Below, piece after piece: positions 51,798 to 64,000 of a stretch of DNA of 64,000 bases. Position 1 is the first letter of the stretch, and every line of letters starts with the position of its first letter. The translations under genes were made by a program, and so were the position numbers. The notes under the pieces were generated by a model that did no database searches, was not told where the DNA came from, and worked only from the letters and a program-made list of their open reading frames with translations. Source of the DNA: Octopus vulgaris (lineage: Eukaryota); NCBI GenBank assembly GCA_951406725.2, contig OX597817.1:37448001-37512000 (forward strand), read 5' to 3'.

Positions 51798-53039
51798 TAT
51801 AGTATAATTCAAGAGAAATTAGGTATCTATTTCTAACTTATCAAACATCCACATAGTGGTTCGTCGTGTCGTTATTGTCAAGCCCAGACCAATCCCGATC
51901 GAGCAAACTTCTGTTCAAGAGCATTCTAATAGTAACCACCTCAGCTTTCATTGAGACGTAGTATAACTAGGACAACAATTTCCTATGGGATATTTTTTTG
52001 TTTACCAAATGAAAAGTTAACGATGCACTTTCTATGGAAAATTTAAAGTTAAAGTATTTTGTTAAATATATAATAACAATTGTTTACTTTGTAGCATTAA
52101 TCCTGTTTGTGTATAACAAATTTCTCGATAACATGTTTTTTTCCCAATATATTCAAGTATTAGCGTGGATTTTCTAAAGCCTTAAATAATATTTTTTTAA
52201 ACTGCGGTGTATCTATGATGTCTTCTGCAGCGCACCTAGATGCGTTATGTAGAACACCAGTGCTTTAGGATATGATTTGAGGGATATTAAACTGTTATTT
52301 CTATCTTGTATTTCATTGCTCTCTTCATTAAAAGTGGTAGGGGCATTGAAGTTAGAATGCTATTTCTACAGATTGCTTCGTTGGAGTAGCCACATTTGGA
52401 GTGGCAAACAATAGTAATTATTAATTCTTGCTTTTGCTGTAGTTTAGGTTAAGAATGACAAGGGCATTGTATTCTTCTGAGGAGCAACATATCAGACAAG
52501 CAACCTAGAAAGCTTCTGCAAAGTCAATCGACCTGCTAGAAATAACAGCCTATTGTGTTATAAAAGAAAAAAAGGAAGGATACATTGAACAAGGTAGTTC
52601 CTGATAAATAAAATGATGGCATAGTCGTGGCTGGAATGCTTTTTATCGTAGGATGACTCAATCAGGGAAACCCGGGGCTAAACAACAATAATAAGCTATA
52701 GGATAATATTGTGTGAGTCTCGTGCTTTTCTAAGACAGCCTTATATACATAAGTCATGTGACATTAGAACGATTATCAGTGTTGGAATTTACGCCTGACA
52801 GCATTGCCCACGTCACTAAAATATTCATTAAGTCGAGTTAATGTGTGAAAGAACTGAATATTCCATTCAAGTAGGGGGCCCCCACCGCTACTTTCCCAGT
52901 GATAGATACCGCTAATCAACAAAAAAAATAAACAGAAGTATTATATTAAGATACATTTGCTTTTATGTTCCATTCGACTGACACATGACTACGTATTTTG
53001 GAGAAGGCAAAAATGATTAAATCAACCCTCAATACTTTA

Positions 53040-53301
53040 AAATAAAATAAGTGCACCCTTTTAAAGCCTAGCCAGGCTCATGGGCCCGGTTTCCCGGTTT
53101 CAATGGCGTATGTGTTCCCCAGGTGGACGGGACGCCAGTCCATCGCAGCGTTACTCATTTTTGCCAGCTGAGTGGACTGGAGCAACGTGAAATGAAGTGT
53201 TTTGCTCAAGAACACAACGCGTCGCCCGGTCCAAGAATCGAAACCACAATTTTACGATCATGATGCTGACACCCTAACCACTAAGCCACGCGCCTCCACA
53301 T
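53040..53301 (-). mobile_element. SINE family D with 13-bp TSD, nested in an older SINE B
   Basis: CCTCAATACTTTA at 53027-53039 and 53302-53314; flanks continue as B-like ACTGGTACTTATTTTATCGACCC. Confidence 0.88.
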
Positions 53302-53664
53302 CCTCAATACTTTACTGGTACTTATTTTATCGACCCGCCGACACAAAAATTAAAGTCGATCGCAACAGGATTTGAACACACGATTTAACAAGGTGGAACT
53401 AGGTCCTCGAGAAAGAATTTTATAAACGCGAGCAGAAAATTTCTTTCGCAACAACTTTCTATCTGTGGGGCAGTTTTCAGTATATGAAACCATTTTCTAA
53501 ATCCCGGTAGATTCCAGGAACCCAAGTACGATAAACACTTTGCATCTAGTAACAAAACATTGAAAAGCATTTTATGTGATTGCACTACCGATTCCTTCAA
53601 ACCAGTAACGTACTTCTTAGGTCTGTCATGGCCTATAAGTGACTGAGATTACAGTACTTCCTGC

Positions 53665-53830
53665 CCCTGAATGGGATGCTAGTCCATTTCAGGGTTAACT
53701 TCCCAGCAGTTGTTGAGTAGAATGGAGCAACGTGAAATTTTGTTCAAACCGCATAACGCACTGCCAGATCCGGGATTCGAAGCCACGATCGCAAGATCGT
53801 AAGTATAAAACCCTAACCATTAGGCCACAG
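53665..53830 (-). mobile_element. Degenerate SINE family D
   Basis: TGGAGCAACGTGAAAT...GGGATTCGAAGCCACGATC...CCCTAACCATTAGGCCAC. Confidence 0.6.
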
Positions 53831-54258
53831 ACTTTAATACGTTCTCCTACTACCAATAGTAATGATTTCTGACATTGGCACAATGTCAACAAAGTTTCGG
53901 GTAGGGGTTGCCACTTTAATCGACCTTAGTAGTTTACCTTCAGTCAATCATAGCAAGTGTTGGATTTAGTATGTACGTAGATATAATTAATACCATTTTG
54001 TGGTGGTGGTGATGGTGGTGGTGGTGGTGGTGACTTACCAGAGATAGTATATCACCCAGTCTTATTCAGCTTGGCTGTTTAATGTTAAGAGCCATTAAAT
54101 TTTGCTTACACTCACTTAACTGCTAATTACCAATTAGAAGTTACATCAGAATAATTTAACTTTTTCGTAATTACTTTACCGTAACTCTACACTAATAAAT
54201 ATATATAAACATACACTCTCTCTCTCTCTGTCTCTCTCTCTCTCTCTCTGTCTCTGTC

Positions 54259-54298
<40 letters not shown>

Positions 54299-54767
54299 AC
54301 ACACACACACACACACACACACACATAAGTTAAGACCTCGAAACATTATCTCCTTCATTCTTCATGGCAAATTAGTCTTTGGAGCTTCCGAAAGAAGCTA
54401 TTGCAGTATTTGTCTTGAGTTTCTGTGGTCTGAGTTCAAATTCGGGCACAGTCAATATATATTTTTTCCTTTCGGGGCCGATTAGAAAAGGACTGATCTA
54501 GAGAGGTGGATGGCAGAACTGCAAGAATATCAGGTACTTTGCAATATCTATTATGACTCTTCACTTTCTGCGTTCATTTCCCACCAGAGCCTACATGGGT
54601 GATAGACTTAATCAGTGGCCCGATTTAACACCACCACTTGACATCTTCGGTGTCTTTAGCAGAATTATTCACTTTGTCGCAAGCATTCAGGACTCCGGTA
54701 CTTTCCTCTCTCGCTTCCATCATTCTCGGAATCCCTAAAGCGTTATGGTCGTTGTCTTTCCTCTCGA

Positions 54768-54769
<2 letters not shown>

Positions 54770-54831
<62 letters not shown>

Positions 54832-55299
54832 GGTGGCGAGCTGACAGAATCGTTAGCACGCCGGGCGAAATGCTTAGCAGTATTTCATCTGACGTTACGT
54901 TTTGAGTTCAAATTTCGCCGAGGTCGACTTTGCCTTTTATCCCTTCGGAGTCGATAAATTAAGTAACCGTTGATTACTGGGGTCGATGTAATCGACTATC
55001 CCCATCCCCAAAATTTCAGGCCTTGTACCTATAGTAAAAAGGATTATTATTATTATTATTAAAGCGGCGAGCTAGCAGAATCGTTAGCACTCCGGGTGAA
55101 ATGGTTAGCAGCATTTCGTCCGTCCATCTTTACACCCTGAGTTCAAATTTTGCCACGGTTGACTTTGCCTTTCATCCTTTCGTGGTCGATAAAATAAGTA
55201 CCAGTCGAGCTCTGGGGCTGATATAATCAATTATTCCCCACCCAACAAATTTGAGGCCTTGTGCCTCCAGTAGAAAGGATTATTATTATTATTATTATT
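54770..55299 (+). mobile_element. Two SINE B units (tail type 2) separated and flanked by (ATT)n
   Basis: Units 54831-55043 and 55063-55279, each ending GGCCTTGT.CCT..AGTA.AAAGG(ATT)n. Confidence 0.85.
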
Positions 55300-55881
55300 C
55301 AGTAGTTTTATTTTTATAGTGTGCTTTCACTTCACTACCGAGCGCAACTGTGTGCCTTGGGTATGTGCTGTGATTTGTTGTGATGCTCTGATGGTTATTG
55401 TATGGAAAGTGTTCTGCGTAGGATGTGTGCAGTGCCTAGTAGTGCAATTTTCTGTATGTTATATGTGTTTGTAAGTCCTGGTGTTTTTGTTATGTATTTG
55501 TCTGAATATTTTTTTATCATGCCTAATGCACCTACTATGATAGGAATTGTTTCTGTTTTCAGATTCCACATTCTAGTTACCTCTATTTCCAGGTCTTTGT
55601 ATTTTGAGAGTTTCTCCATTTCTTTTAGAGACACGTTGTCATCTGCCGGTATTGATACATCAATTAGAAAGCATTTTTTTTCTTCATGATCTCTGACAAC
55701 TATATCTGGTCTGTTGGCCTTAATTTCTCTATCTGTGTGTATCGGCATATCCCAGAGTATGGTTGCTTTCTCGTTTTCTGTGACCTTTTCTGGTGTGTGC
55801 CTATACCATCTTTTTTCTGTTGTTATTCCATAATGTTGGCATAGCTTCCAATGTATGTAGGTTCCAACTCTGTCATGTCTG

Positions 55882-55889
<8 letters not shown>
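55300..55889 (-). mobile_element. 5'-truncated R4/Dong-clade non-LTR retrotransposon: restriction-like endonuclease domain and 3' UTR
   Basis: Stop-free frame 55889-55395 (164 aa): YIHRHDRV...WYRHTPEKV...ILWDMPIHTDREIKANRPDIVV...IDVSIP...EKLSKYKDL...QKIALLGTAHILRR; the 3' end abuts (AAT)n. Confidence 0.9.
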
Positions 55890-55960
<71 letters not shown>

Positions 55961-56898
55961 CATTATTATTATTATCATTATTATTATTATTATTATTATT
56001 TTAATTGAATTTATGAAACTTTTTCTCCAGTACTCCAGTATATTTATGTGTGCTTTAGAGATACTTTCGTCGCTAATGTTACAACTACACTGAACTCCCG
56101 CTGAAAAGTTCCGAAAAGAGAATGCCACATACTTGGAATTATCTCCCATATATATATATCCGAGGGGAACTATTAATTAGCCATCAACTAATATTCTTAA
56201 GATCATTAGCAGAATAGGTAGAATGTCCTGTGATATTTAGACATTTCATCTTGTGTTCTGAAATCAGTTTCAAATGGTTACAACTTTCTTTTTGCTTTTA
56301 ACCATTATTCTTCTAGGAATCGATAAAATAAGTATGAGTTCGAAGTAATGGGATTGATTTAATTGATCCGTCTTTAATCTAAAATTCGGGGTTATGAACC
56401 AAGGCCAGAAATTTTGTTTTTTTTCTTTTTATAACGCATTTGATCATGTTTTGACCTTTTAATATTCTAAGCATTAAATATTCATCGTCTCAATAAACTA
56501 AGAAATTGTGTCAGTGGCCTGATCGTAATGTATTATCACTGTACTATCATTAAAACACTTAAGGTTGTGCTCCGTTAAGGCTGCAATCGAATGGTTGCTA
56601 CAATTAAAGGAATACAAATGTAAAAAGCCTCTAATAATATAATCCATCATTCAAATAGACTAAAAGGTCAACATTCTTAAACGAGAAGAGAAACCAAATA
56701 ACGGGCTCAGCTCATCTCATCTTGTCAAGTTCTTGATGTCTTCTTCACATTACATACATCATTATTACTAAAACTCGCAAATGTTGTCTATTAACTCCCT
56801 TAAATTTGATGTATATCTCTACACGAAACTCTGTTTCTCTGATAACCTTCCTAGCAAGTAATACAATAACAGGCAGCTGACATATTTACATTTTTTTC

Positions 56899-56937
<39 letters not shown>

Positions 56938-57065
56938 GTTTCATTGTTCTGGTGTCTTTTTAGATGTTTCATATAGTGGGGGAAGGCAGATCAGATTTGA
57001 CGTTTTTCCACCACCCTTCATATCAAGCACAATAAAAGTTTAAATGAATTCTTGACATATCAGGC

Positions 57066-57111
<46 letters not shown>

Positions 57112-57867
57112 GTTTTTGTTTTTGCTATATACGTGGTTTGTTTTCTTTTTGCTGCTACTGTTAAGGGAGTGTTTCTTAGGTATAATATTTCCATTCAGAA
57201 CATTATTTCTAAGCTACTTTTAGCTATGAGTTTTTGTATGATGAATGTATGTGTGTATATAAGTTTATTATGTGTGCATGATGCGTATATGTATATATGT
57301 ATGTACCCATCCGTACATGCATGTATTTGTATATTCCTGCGTTGAATATTTTTCTAAGTGCATATATGAACTTAACCAAAGAAATCTAAGAGTATGCATT
57401 ACCATATATATATGTGTGTGTGTGTGTGAGTATATGTATGTATGTATTATGTATGTATGTATACATATATATATATATATATATGTGTATGTATATGTAT
57501 GTGTATATATATATATATACACATATATATATATATATGAGTATGCCTAACCATATATATTATAACATATTCTATATATATGTGTGTGTGTAATAACAAA
57601 TATGTATTATTTTTAAGCTTATACATCAGTAAGTGTGCATTTACAGTGTTTCTGTATGCATTGATGTGTTAGTGTTCATGTCTGGGTGTATTTGTGTTAT
57701 GTGTGCACGTATGTATATATACATATATATATACACACTAGTATGTCATATGATTCTTCCTAATCGTCAAAAAATCCCCATGAAACTGCTACACATAGTT
57801 TTCTTTACAAGGAATAAAAATTAATCCTTGTGCTGGCTTGTAATCGACTTCATTGTTCCTTCACTCT

Positions 57868-58320
57868 GTGAGCTGGCAGAATCGTTAGCACGCCGGACGG
57901 CATAATGCTTAGTGCCATTTCGTCCGTCTTTAAGTTCGGAGTTCAAATTCCGCTGAGGTCGACTTTGCCTTTCTTCCTTTCGGGGTCGATGAAAGAATTA
58001 CCAGTTGAACACTGGAGTCGATGTAATCAACTACCCCCTTCCCTGAAATTGTTGGCCTTTCACCAAAATTTGAAATCATTATTTTGTATAGATTGCAAGG
58101 CAGCGAACTGAGGATTTCGTAGGATCGACGGGAAAATATGCTATGCAGTATTACTTCCAGCTCTTTATGTTCTAAGTTCAAATTCCGCCGTGGTCAACTT
58201 TGTCTTTCATCTATCCAGAGCTGATAAAACAAAGTGCCAGTTAAGTACAGAGTACAATGGTATCGACTAATACCCTCTTCTCCAAATTACTGGACTGTGT
58301 CTAAATGTGAAACCATTATT
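57868..58320 (+). mobile_element. Two tandem SINE B units (tail type 3)
   Basis: Each ends in TGAAA.CATTATT. Confidence 0.75.
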
Positions 58321-58403
58321 TGTGTGACCTACATTGAATTCTGTAATTAACCCTTGTATATTCAGTCACAGGAATATAAACTATGTGTGCGTGTGTGTAT
58401 TTA

Positions 58404-58635
58404 CAGTAATTCCTCGACTATCGCGGGTGTTCAGTCCAAAACCCCCCGCGATAGTTGAAAATCCGCGAAGTAGAATCAGTACTGTTTTGTATATTTATTT
58501 TTATTTTTTTCTATAATTTGTATGTATTTCTTTTATTATAAATGCAAACCAACATCACGGAGGAATCGACGTAAGCTTAAATAATAAACCACGATAGGTG
58601 AACCGTGATAAGTGAACTGTGATATGGCGAGGGAT

Positions 58636-58640
<5 letters not shown>
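58404..58640. mobile_element. Tigger/pogo-type MITE
   Basis: TA-CAGTAATTCCTCGACTATCGCGG ... CTGTGATATGGCGAGGGATTACT-(TA)n, with subterminal CCGCGATA repeats. Confidence 0.8.
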
Positions 58641-58681
<41 letters not shown>

Positions 58682-59649
58682 TTATCTGTGTTTATATTTG
58701 CTCTTAATAAAACAGTATGCATTATGTTAGTGCGCCGTTATTTCTCATAATATATTTCTTGGAACTTAACGGTTCGGCAAATAATATTCGACAAAATTAG
58801 TAGCAGACTGAAAGACATACTGAAGTTGATAAATTTCGACGAAACTCTTGGAAGTAGCGCTCCGGTATAGTTGTAGTTTACTAACTGAAACCATTAAAAA
58901 TTTACAAACGTATTATAATGAACAATGATACAGAAAACCGTTTAGACTTTATGAAAAGAGAAAAAGAATTCGTAACAATAAATGAAACAAAAATAACCTT
59001 CCCATTTAACCAAGTTATGTGTATGAGAAATAAACGAACTGTTTAAAAAAAAAAACGAAAATGAATTGCTACTGAGAAAAGCTAAATACTTTCACAACTT
59101 TTATTTAATCAAAATGAATTTTTGAAAGATTGTGACAGATATTAACATGACTAGTTAAAGATATAATTTTATTGTTTATGTTCTAAGTATTCACTTATTG
59201 CTATCACACTATCTTTCTCATCTCTGAGAGAGAGAAAAGAAGGTGAAAGAGATAGAGAGAGAGCAGTGACTAATTAAACTAAAAGCATCTGAACACCTTA
59301 ACATATTTATTTTTATGCAAATTTTCTGCGTCGACGACAATGTAGTTCCCAAATTCTATAAAATGAAACCTATACGCGGAATCAACTCTGCAATGCGACT
59401 TAACCAGACAGAGGGTCACTGCGTGACAGGAATTTACTTAATAAATTCAGCTATGAAATAACATGTACGAGGTAGAATTAGACCAAAACCGAGTACTACG
59501 AGGTTATAAAGGCTTTGTTTGTTGCCGAATAAAATTCTTCTGGCAACGTTACAGAATCGACTTATTGGTTAAAAGAGAAAAGGAAAAAATGGTTTAAAAC
59601 GCAACCCCTTTGCATGTCCGCAAATATGTAGCTTAAAGTTGTAAAACAT

Positions 59650-60227
59650 AAAGAATAATCTTAGTAGAGAACAGGAAAATATCACAAAATATTAATAAAG
59701 GAAAAATAATGCGAAAGAATCCACAATGAAATCATAGACAACAAAAAAACACAGATCACGATACAACGCAATCTCGCTGCAAAACAATGCGCACTGCAAT
59801 ACAGCACAACAGAAAACAAAATATAAACAACATTAAACGTAGCATTGCCAAATAAGAATAAGAAAAATAGTCTAGTGCCAACACAAGTAAATGAATGCAA
59901 TCACCTAGAAAGACGATAGAGGAAATTAAATAAACATTTGAAGATATAATATTCATACAAATCGAAAACAAACCATAACCTAGCAAGGTATTATGTAACG
60001 TAAAAAGTAGAAACCTTATCAAATCAGCTAATCAGGAATTAGAAATAACTAGACGGCAAATCAATGATGTAGATGTAACCGGTATAAACCGAATAATGTA
60101 CGCCACAGCATGCGCAGTTAACAAAAGCTGGTTGTGTCGAAATCTCTGGGAAAACAAGAAAACGCAAGTTATGGAATAAAACTTCCAACAGGAAATCAAC
60201 TGAAAGAGAAAAATGAAGAAGAAGAAA

Positions 60228-60289
<62 letters not shown>

Positions 60290-60735
60290 TGAGGTGCAGA
60301 ACAAAAATACCAAATTATCAACCAGGAAGAAAGCAATGCTGTAGAGATCACTTGGAATTATAGCTGAACAAGAACAGAAAGAAACTAAAGAAAGATTAAT
60401 TCCAAAAGGTGAATACTAAATCTTAAAGAATATGTTTGAGAAAAGAATCAAACAACACAGTTAATTCCGAGAAGATACAGAGAGTCTTTGCAGGAAATTA
60501 AATAACAAAACCATAGCAGTAAAGGATTTCATAGACAAGTAGATACAAACAATCTCGGAGAAAAACATGAGAAACAGAAAATAATCCACAGGAGTAAAGA
60601 AAACATGAAACCTGTAATATTAAAAGAATGGATAGATATTATGGAAGAAGACACAATAAAAGCCATGTGAGGAACAGGCAAGAAGAAATCAACTCGAATA
60701 GAGGAAAATAAAAATCTATAAATGAAGAATCTCGT
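59650..60735 (+). mobile_element. Highly decayed R4/Dong-like ORF (region upstream of RT), interrupted by (AGT)n
   Basis: A-rich coding-like strand bias; broken peptides FEKRIKQ..FRED and IMEEDTIKAM...KKSTRIE resemble R4 pre-RT motifs. Confidence 0.4.
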
Positions 60736-60936
60736 ATATATACCTCATATATATTGTTTCTGATTTCTGTACAAAGCTAATAATTTTGAGAGGAGGGGCA
60801 AGTCGATACTATATATTCAATACTGTCTGGTTCTTTATTTTATTGACCCTCGAAAAGATGAACGCCAAAGCTAACCATGGTGGAATTTGAACAGAGTACG
60901 TAAAGAGCCGGATTTTAAACTTAGATATGGTTAATG

Positions 60937-61104
60937 CAGTGGTTTTCAACAGGAGTTGATATAGCCTTCGGGGACCCATATAAGATTTTGTTGCTAAATT
61001 TTATGTACAATAAATTGGTTATACCTCTACAATGCACAAAATATTTCAACACTTTCTTTTTATACAATTCCTAATACTGTCTATATACTACTAAAACTCT
61101 GTGA

Positions 61105-61140
<36 letters not shown>

Positions 61141-61761
61141 CTGTAATTTAAAACCAGCGTATAATGGGAAAATACTCTGAAAGTTAGGAACATCTGAAAC
61201 GTGAATACAAGCGAATAAAACAAGTTTCACGTAAATCGGACCACGGATTCCCGAAATACGCAGTTTGTTGGGGGTACCTTCAAAAATAGCCAAAACGGCG
61301 CATAATGGGAAAATACTCCGAAAGTAACATAACCCTGAAATGGGAATATATGATACTGTGAAAATTGTTTCCATCAGTTTTATGTTTACGTTATATAAAT
61401 ACTGTTACTGGAGTTCAAGTTTATCTCGGAAGTTCTATTTCTATTAGATACTGTAATAGATACTGTAAATAATCAATAAAATAATCGATAAAACCTTAAA
61501 CATGAACTTGTAAACCAGACCTACAATGACAAAAATGAATTGAAATATTTAACTGAATCATCATAAAATTAACTTTCATTTCAATGCAATGTTGAAATCA
61601 GCTTCAATATTTTATAACCTAAACCGTCATGGGTCACGAGTATTCTACTTTAATTATAAAAATATGACAGGAGTTTTTAAACATGAAATGGTTATGAGGG
61701 TCCATCTGAGTAAAATAGGAATCAAGAGGTCCATAGGTAAGGAAATGGTCGAGAACCACTG
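60937..61761. mobile_element. hAT (Charlie-type) MITE interrupted by a Helitron-like insert
   Basis: CAGTGGTTTTCAAC ... GTCGAGAACCACTG termini; no 8-bp TSD recognisable. Confidence 0.65.
61080..61648 (+). mobile_element. Non-autonomous Helitron-like element
   Basis: TCTATATACTA start, (GCTT)n, internal direct repeat ATAATGGGAAAATACTC.GAAAGT, terminal CCGTCATGGGTCACGAG hairpin-like sequence then CTAC. Confidence 0.55.
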
Positions 61762-61999
61762 ATCTATAGTTTTTTACATCATAATAAGGGTTCCATTTCA
61801 AATATCGAAATGACATGCATAAATAGAAATATCGAGAAGTGAGGGAAATGGCTGACCTCAAAAATTACACTCTTTTATCGTTAACTTTTTTATTTTATCT
61901 TTTATTTTTATTACTGGGTTTCGGATTTTTGCCTTGAACGTAAGAGATTCAGAATCTTGACTTTTTGATTTTCTCATTAACTAAAAGCTTTTATTGTTT

Positions 62000-62303
62000 A
62001 CACTTTACTTGCTTCAGTCATTGGACTGGGGCCATGCTGGGGCACCGCTTTCAAGGCTTTGGTTGATAAAATCGACCACAATACACATTTTTTTTTAAAG
62101 TCTAGTTCTTATTCTATAGGTCTTTTTGACGAATTGCTTAGTTGCGAGGACGTAAACAAACCAACAACTGTTTCCAGCAGTAGAGGGGTACAAATACAAA
62201 CACATACACACATATAATATACACAACTGGGTACCACATGTTTCCATCTATCACAAGGCACTGGTCAGTAAACTGGGCTTCTTAACCACACAACCACGTC
62301 TGC
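62000..62303 (-). mobile_element. Old degenerate SINE family A
   Basis: TTCAGTCATTGGACTG..GCCATGCTGGGGCACCGC tail and partial body. Confidence 0.7.
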
Positions 62304-62789
62304 AAAAATACTACATGTGTGTGTATGCGCGTGCGTGTGCGTGTGTGTGTGTGAATTCCATAACACAATTCGGTAGCTGATTATCAAATATTATTTTTAG
62401 ATTGGCCGATTCCAAATCTTCGCTGTTCAAAAATAATTCCAATCCCATTTTATATATATTTCTGTCTTTAAAACAATAATAAACATATTGAGTTTTTCTC
62501 TTTAAATACGTTTCAATGAAGGAACGAAGTTTAAAATAAACACTTGTTTATCGTCTTCATTAAAACTAAATGTAAGGATAATCAACAATGAGATACAATC
62601 AAAATTCTAGAAGAATAGAAGCGCTTCAGAAAAGAATCATATGTGAATAAACATTGGCTTTTTATAAATATGATAGCATTAGGAAGATTGCACATATAAA
62701 AATCATGTCTATACTTCTTTGATAAAGCATAGAAATATTTATGAAAGTGAAATGTATTCATGGATTAGCAATCAGTGAAGGATAACATA

Positions 62790-63100
62790 TATATATACAT
62801 CACCATGATCACTGTGACTGACCAGGCTATTAGATGTTGCTACACATCGCTGGTCACAATGCGCTTCGCTTTGTTTTAGCCTCCAAATGACACAACCCCG
62901 CTGACTAAGCGAGCAGGCCAACAGAAGAAAGAGTGAGAGAAAGTTGTGGCGAAAGAGTACAGCAGGGATCGCCACCACCCCCTGCCGGAGCCTCGTGGTG
63001 CTTTAGATGTTTTTTCTCAATAAATACTCACAACGCCCGATCTAAGAATCGAAACCGCAATCCTATAACCGCGAGTCCGCTGCTCTAACCATTTGGCCAT
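62790..63100 (-). mobile_element. SINE with family C head and its own tail
   Basis: ATGGCCAAATGGTTAGAGCAGCGGACTCGCGG head; lies within (TA)n. Confidence 0.8.
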
Positions 63101-63126
63101 TATATATATATATATATATATATGGT

Positions 63127-63170
63127 ATCAAAACTTTTGTCGCACCAATTGCGACCTGGTCACTGCGATG
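63127..63170 (-). ncRNA. Decayed G3:C8 hammerhead-like motif (second locus)
   Basis: GCA-GUGACCA-G-GUCGC-AAUUGGU-GCGAC-AAAA-GUUUUGAU; G12 is lost by a change consistent with CpG decay. Confidence 0.45.
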
Positions 63171-64000
63171 GTTCTACTTCTACTGCATATATATACATAT
63201 GTGTGTGTGTGTATACATTGTGTGTGTGTATGTGTGTGTTTTACAGGGTACATAAAATAACCTGCCTAAATAATGCCGAATCACAAGACGTCCTAAAACA
63301 GGCGCGATTTATATCAGAAGTGGAATATTTCAAAGAAATTCGTTGTCACTACTTCTGTTTCCACTGAACGCTTTCCCCATTTAGTACCGCTTTAACGTCT
63401 GCTAGAAGTGAATACAAAATAAATGGCAGCAAGATTTGACATTCTCTCATCAAACAGAATATCTTCTAAAAGTCACAGGCTACATCATAACTGGAATACT
63501 TTAAAATCTATGTCTGCTTAACTGGAAGATGTGAGTATGAGAGACCGCGTAGTTGCAAGAGCAAAGACGAAAACCAATTAAAGAAAATGTAATCATTTTC
63601 TTTCCTAGTACATCTGTATGTGTGTCTGTATGTAACCGTACGTTTACATATAATTTCTTTACTTGTCATTTGGGCAAATAATTTGGTTGCTCTAAATTAA
63701 GAGGATTTTATAGGTGTCTTTTATATTAATCTTTTGCCTGACTTGTGTATCGCATGATACACAGGACATATTTGCGCGACGTCCATCTTATATGGTACAT
63801 GTTCCCAATCTCTTTCAACCAACAAAATAACTTAGGATTTATGAAAGGAAAGCAAGGAAAGCATTATATTACTCAGAATGTATGAAACAGCGGGTAACTA
63901 AAAATATGAAAACAATCATGGAACTTCTGAACAAACTTATGAAAATGCTTTGAGTATGCAATGGTTTAATAACTTACCTTGTTTAAATAAATTACCTTGT

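Noticed and set aside
55402-55689. 95-aa plus-strand ORF
   Set aside because: Antisense shadow of the R4/Dong endonuclease frame
56053-56095. Minus-strand GTGTA-GTTGT..GCGAC-GAAAGTAT, like the G3:C8 family
   Set aside because: Core is truncated and stem I does not pair; too decayed to call

Overview
This is AT-rich eukaryotic non-coding DNA, intergenic or intronic. I recognise no host protein-coding gene, and most ORF-track hits are translated (TA)n/(CA)n microsatellites. The repeat make-up looks like an octopus/coleoid cephalopod genome (inference from remembered repeat families, not a search). It contains dozens of tRNA-derived SINE copies in about 5 families, labelled A-E by me, with swapped heads and tails. 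It also holds fragments of R4/Dong, CR1-group and RTE LINEs, decayed mariner and rosa-type transposons, pogo, hAT and piggyBac MITEs, three non-autonomous Helitrons and compound microsatellites. The most interesting signal is a set of Penelope-type minimal type-I hammerhead ribozyme motifs with non-canonical cores. One class has a compensatory G3:C8 swap (GUGANCA) in both arms of a 300-bp palindrome and at a second locus; another has CCGACGA at two unrelated loci. A stop-free R4/Dong endonuclease fragment sits inside an (ATT)n-spaced SINE array, and a CR1-like LINE shares its 3' end with SINE family A. Boundaries of decayed elements are approximate.
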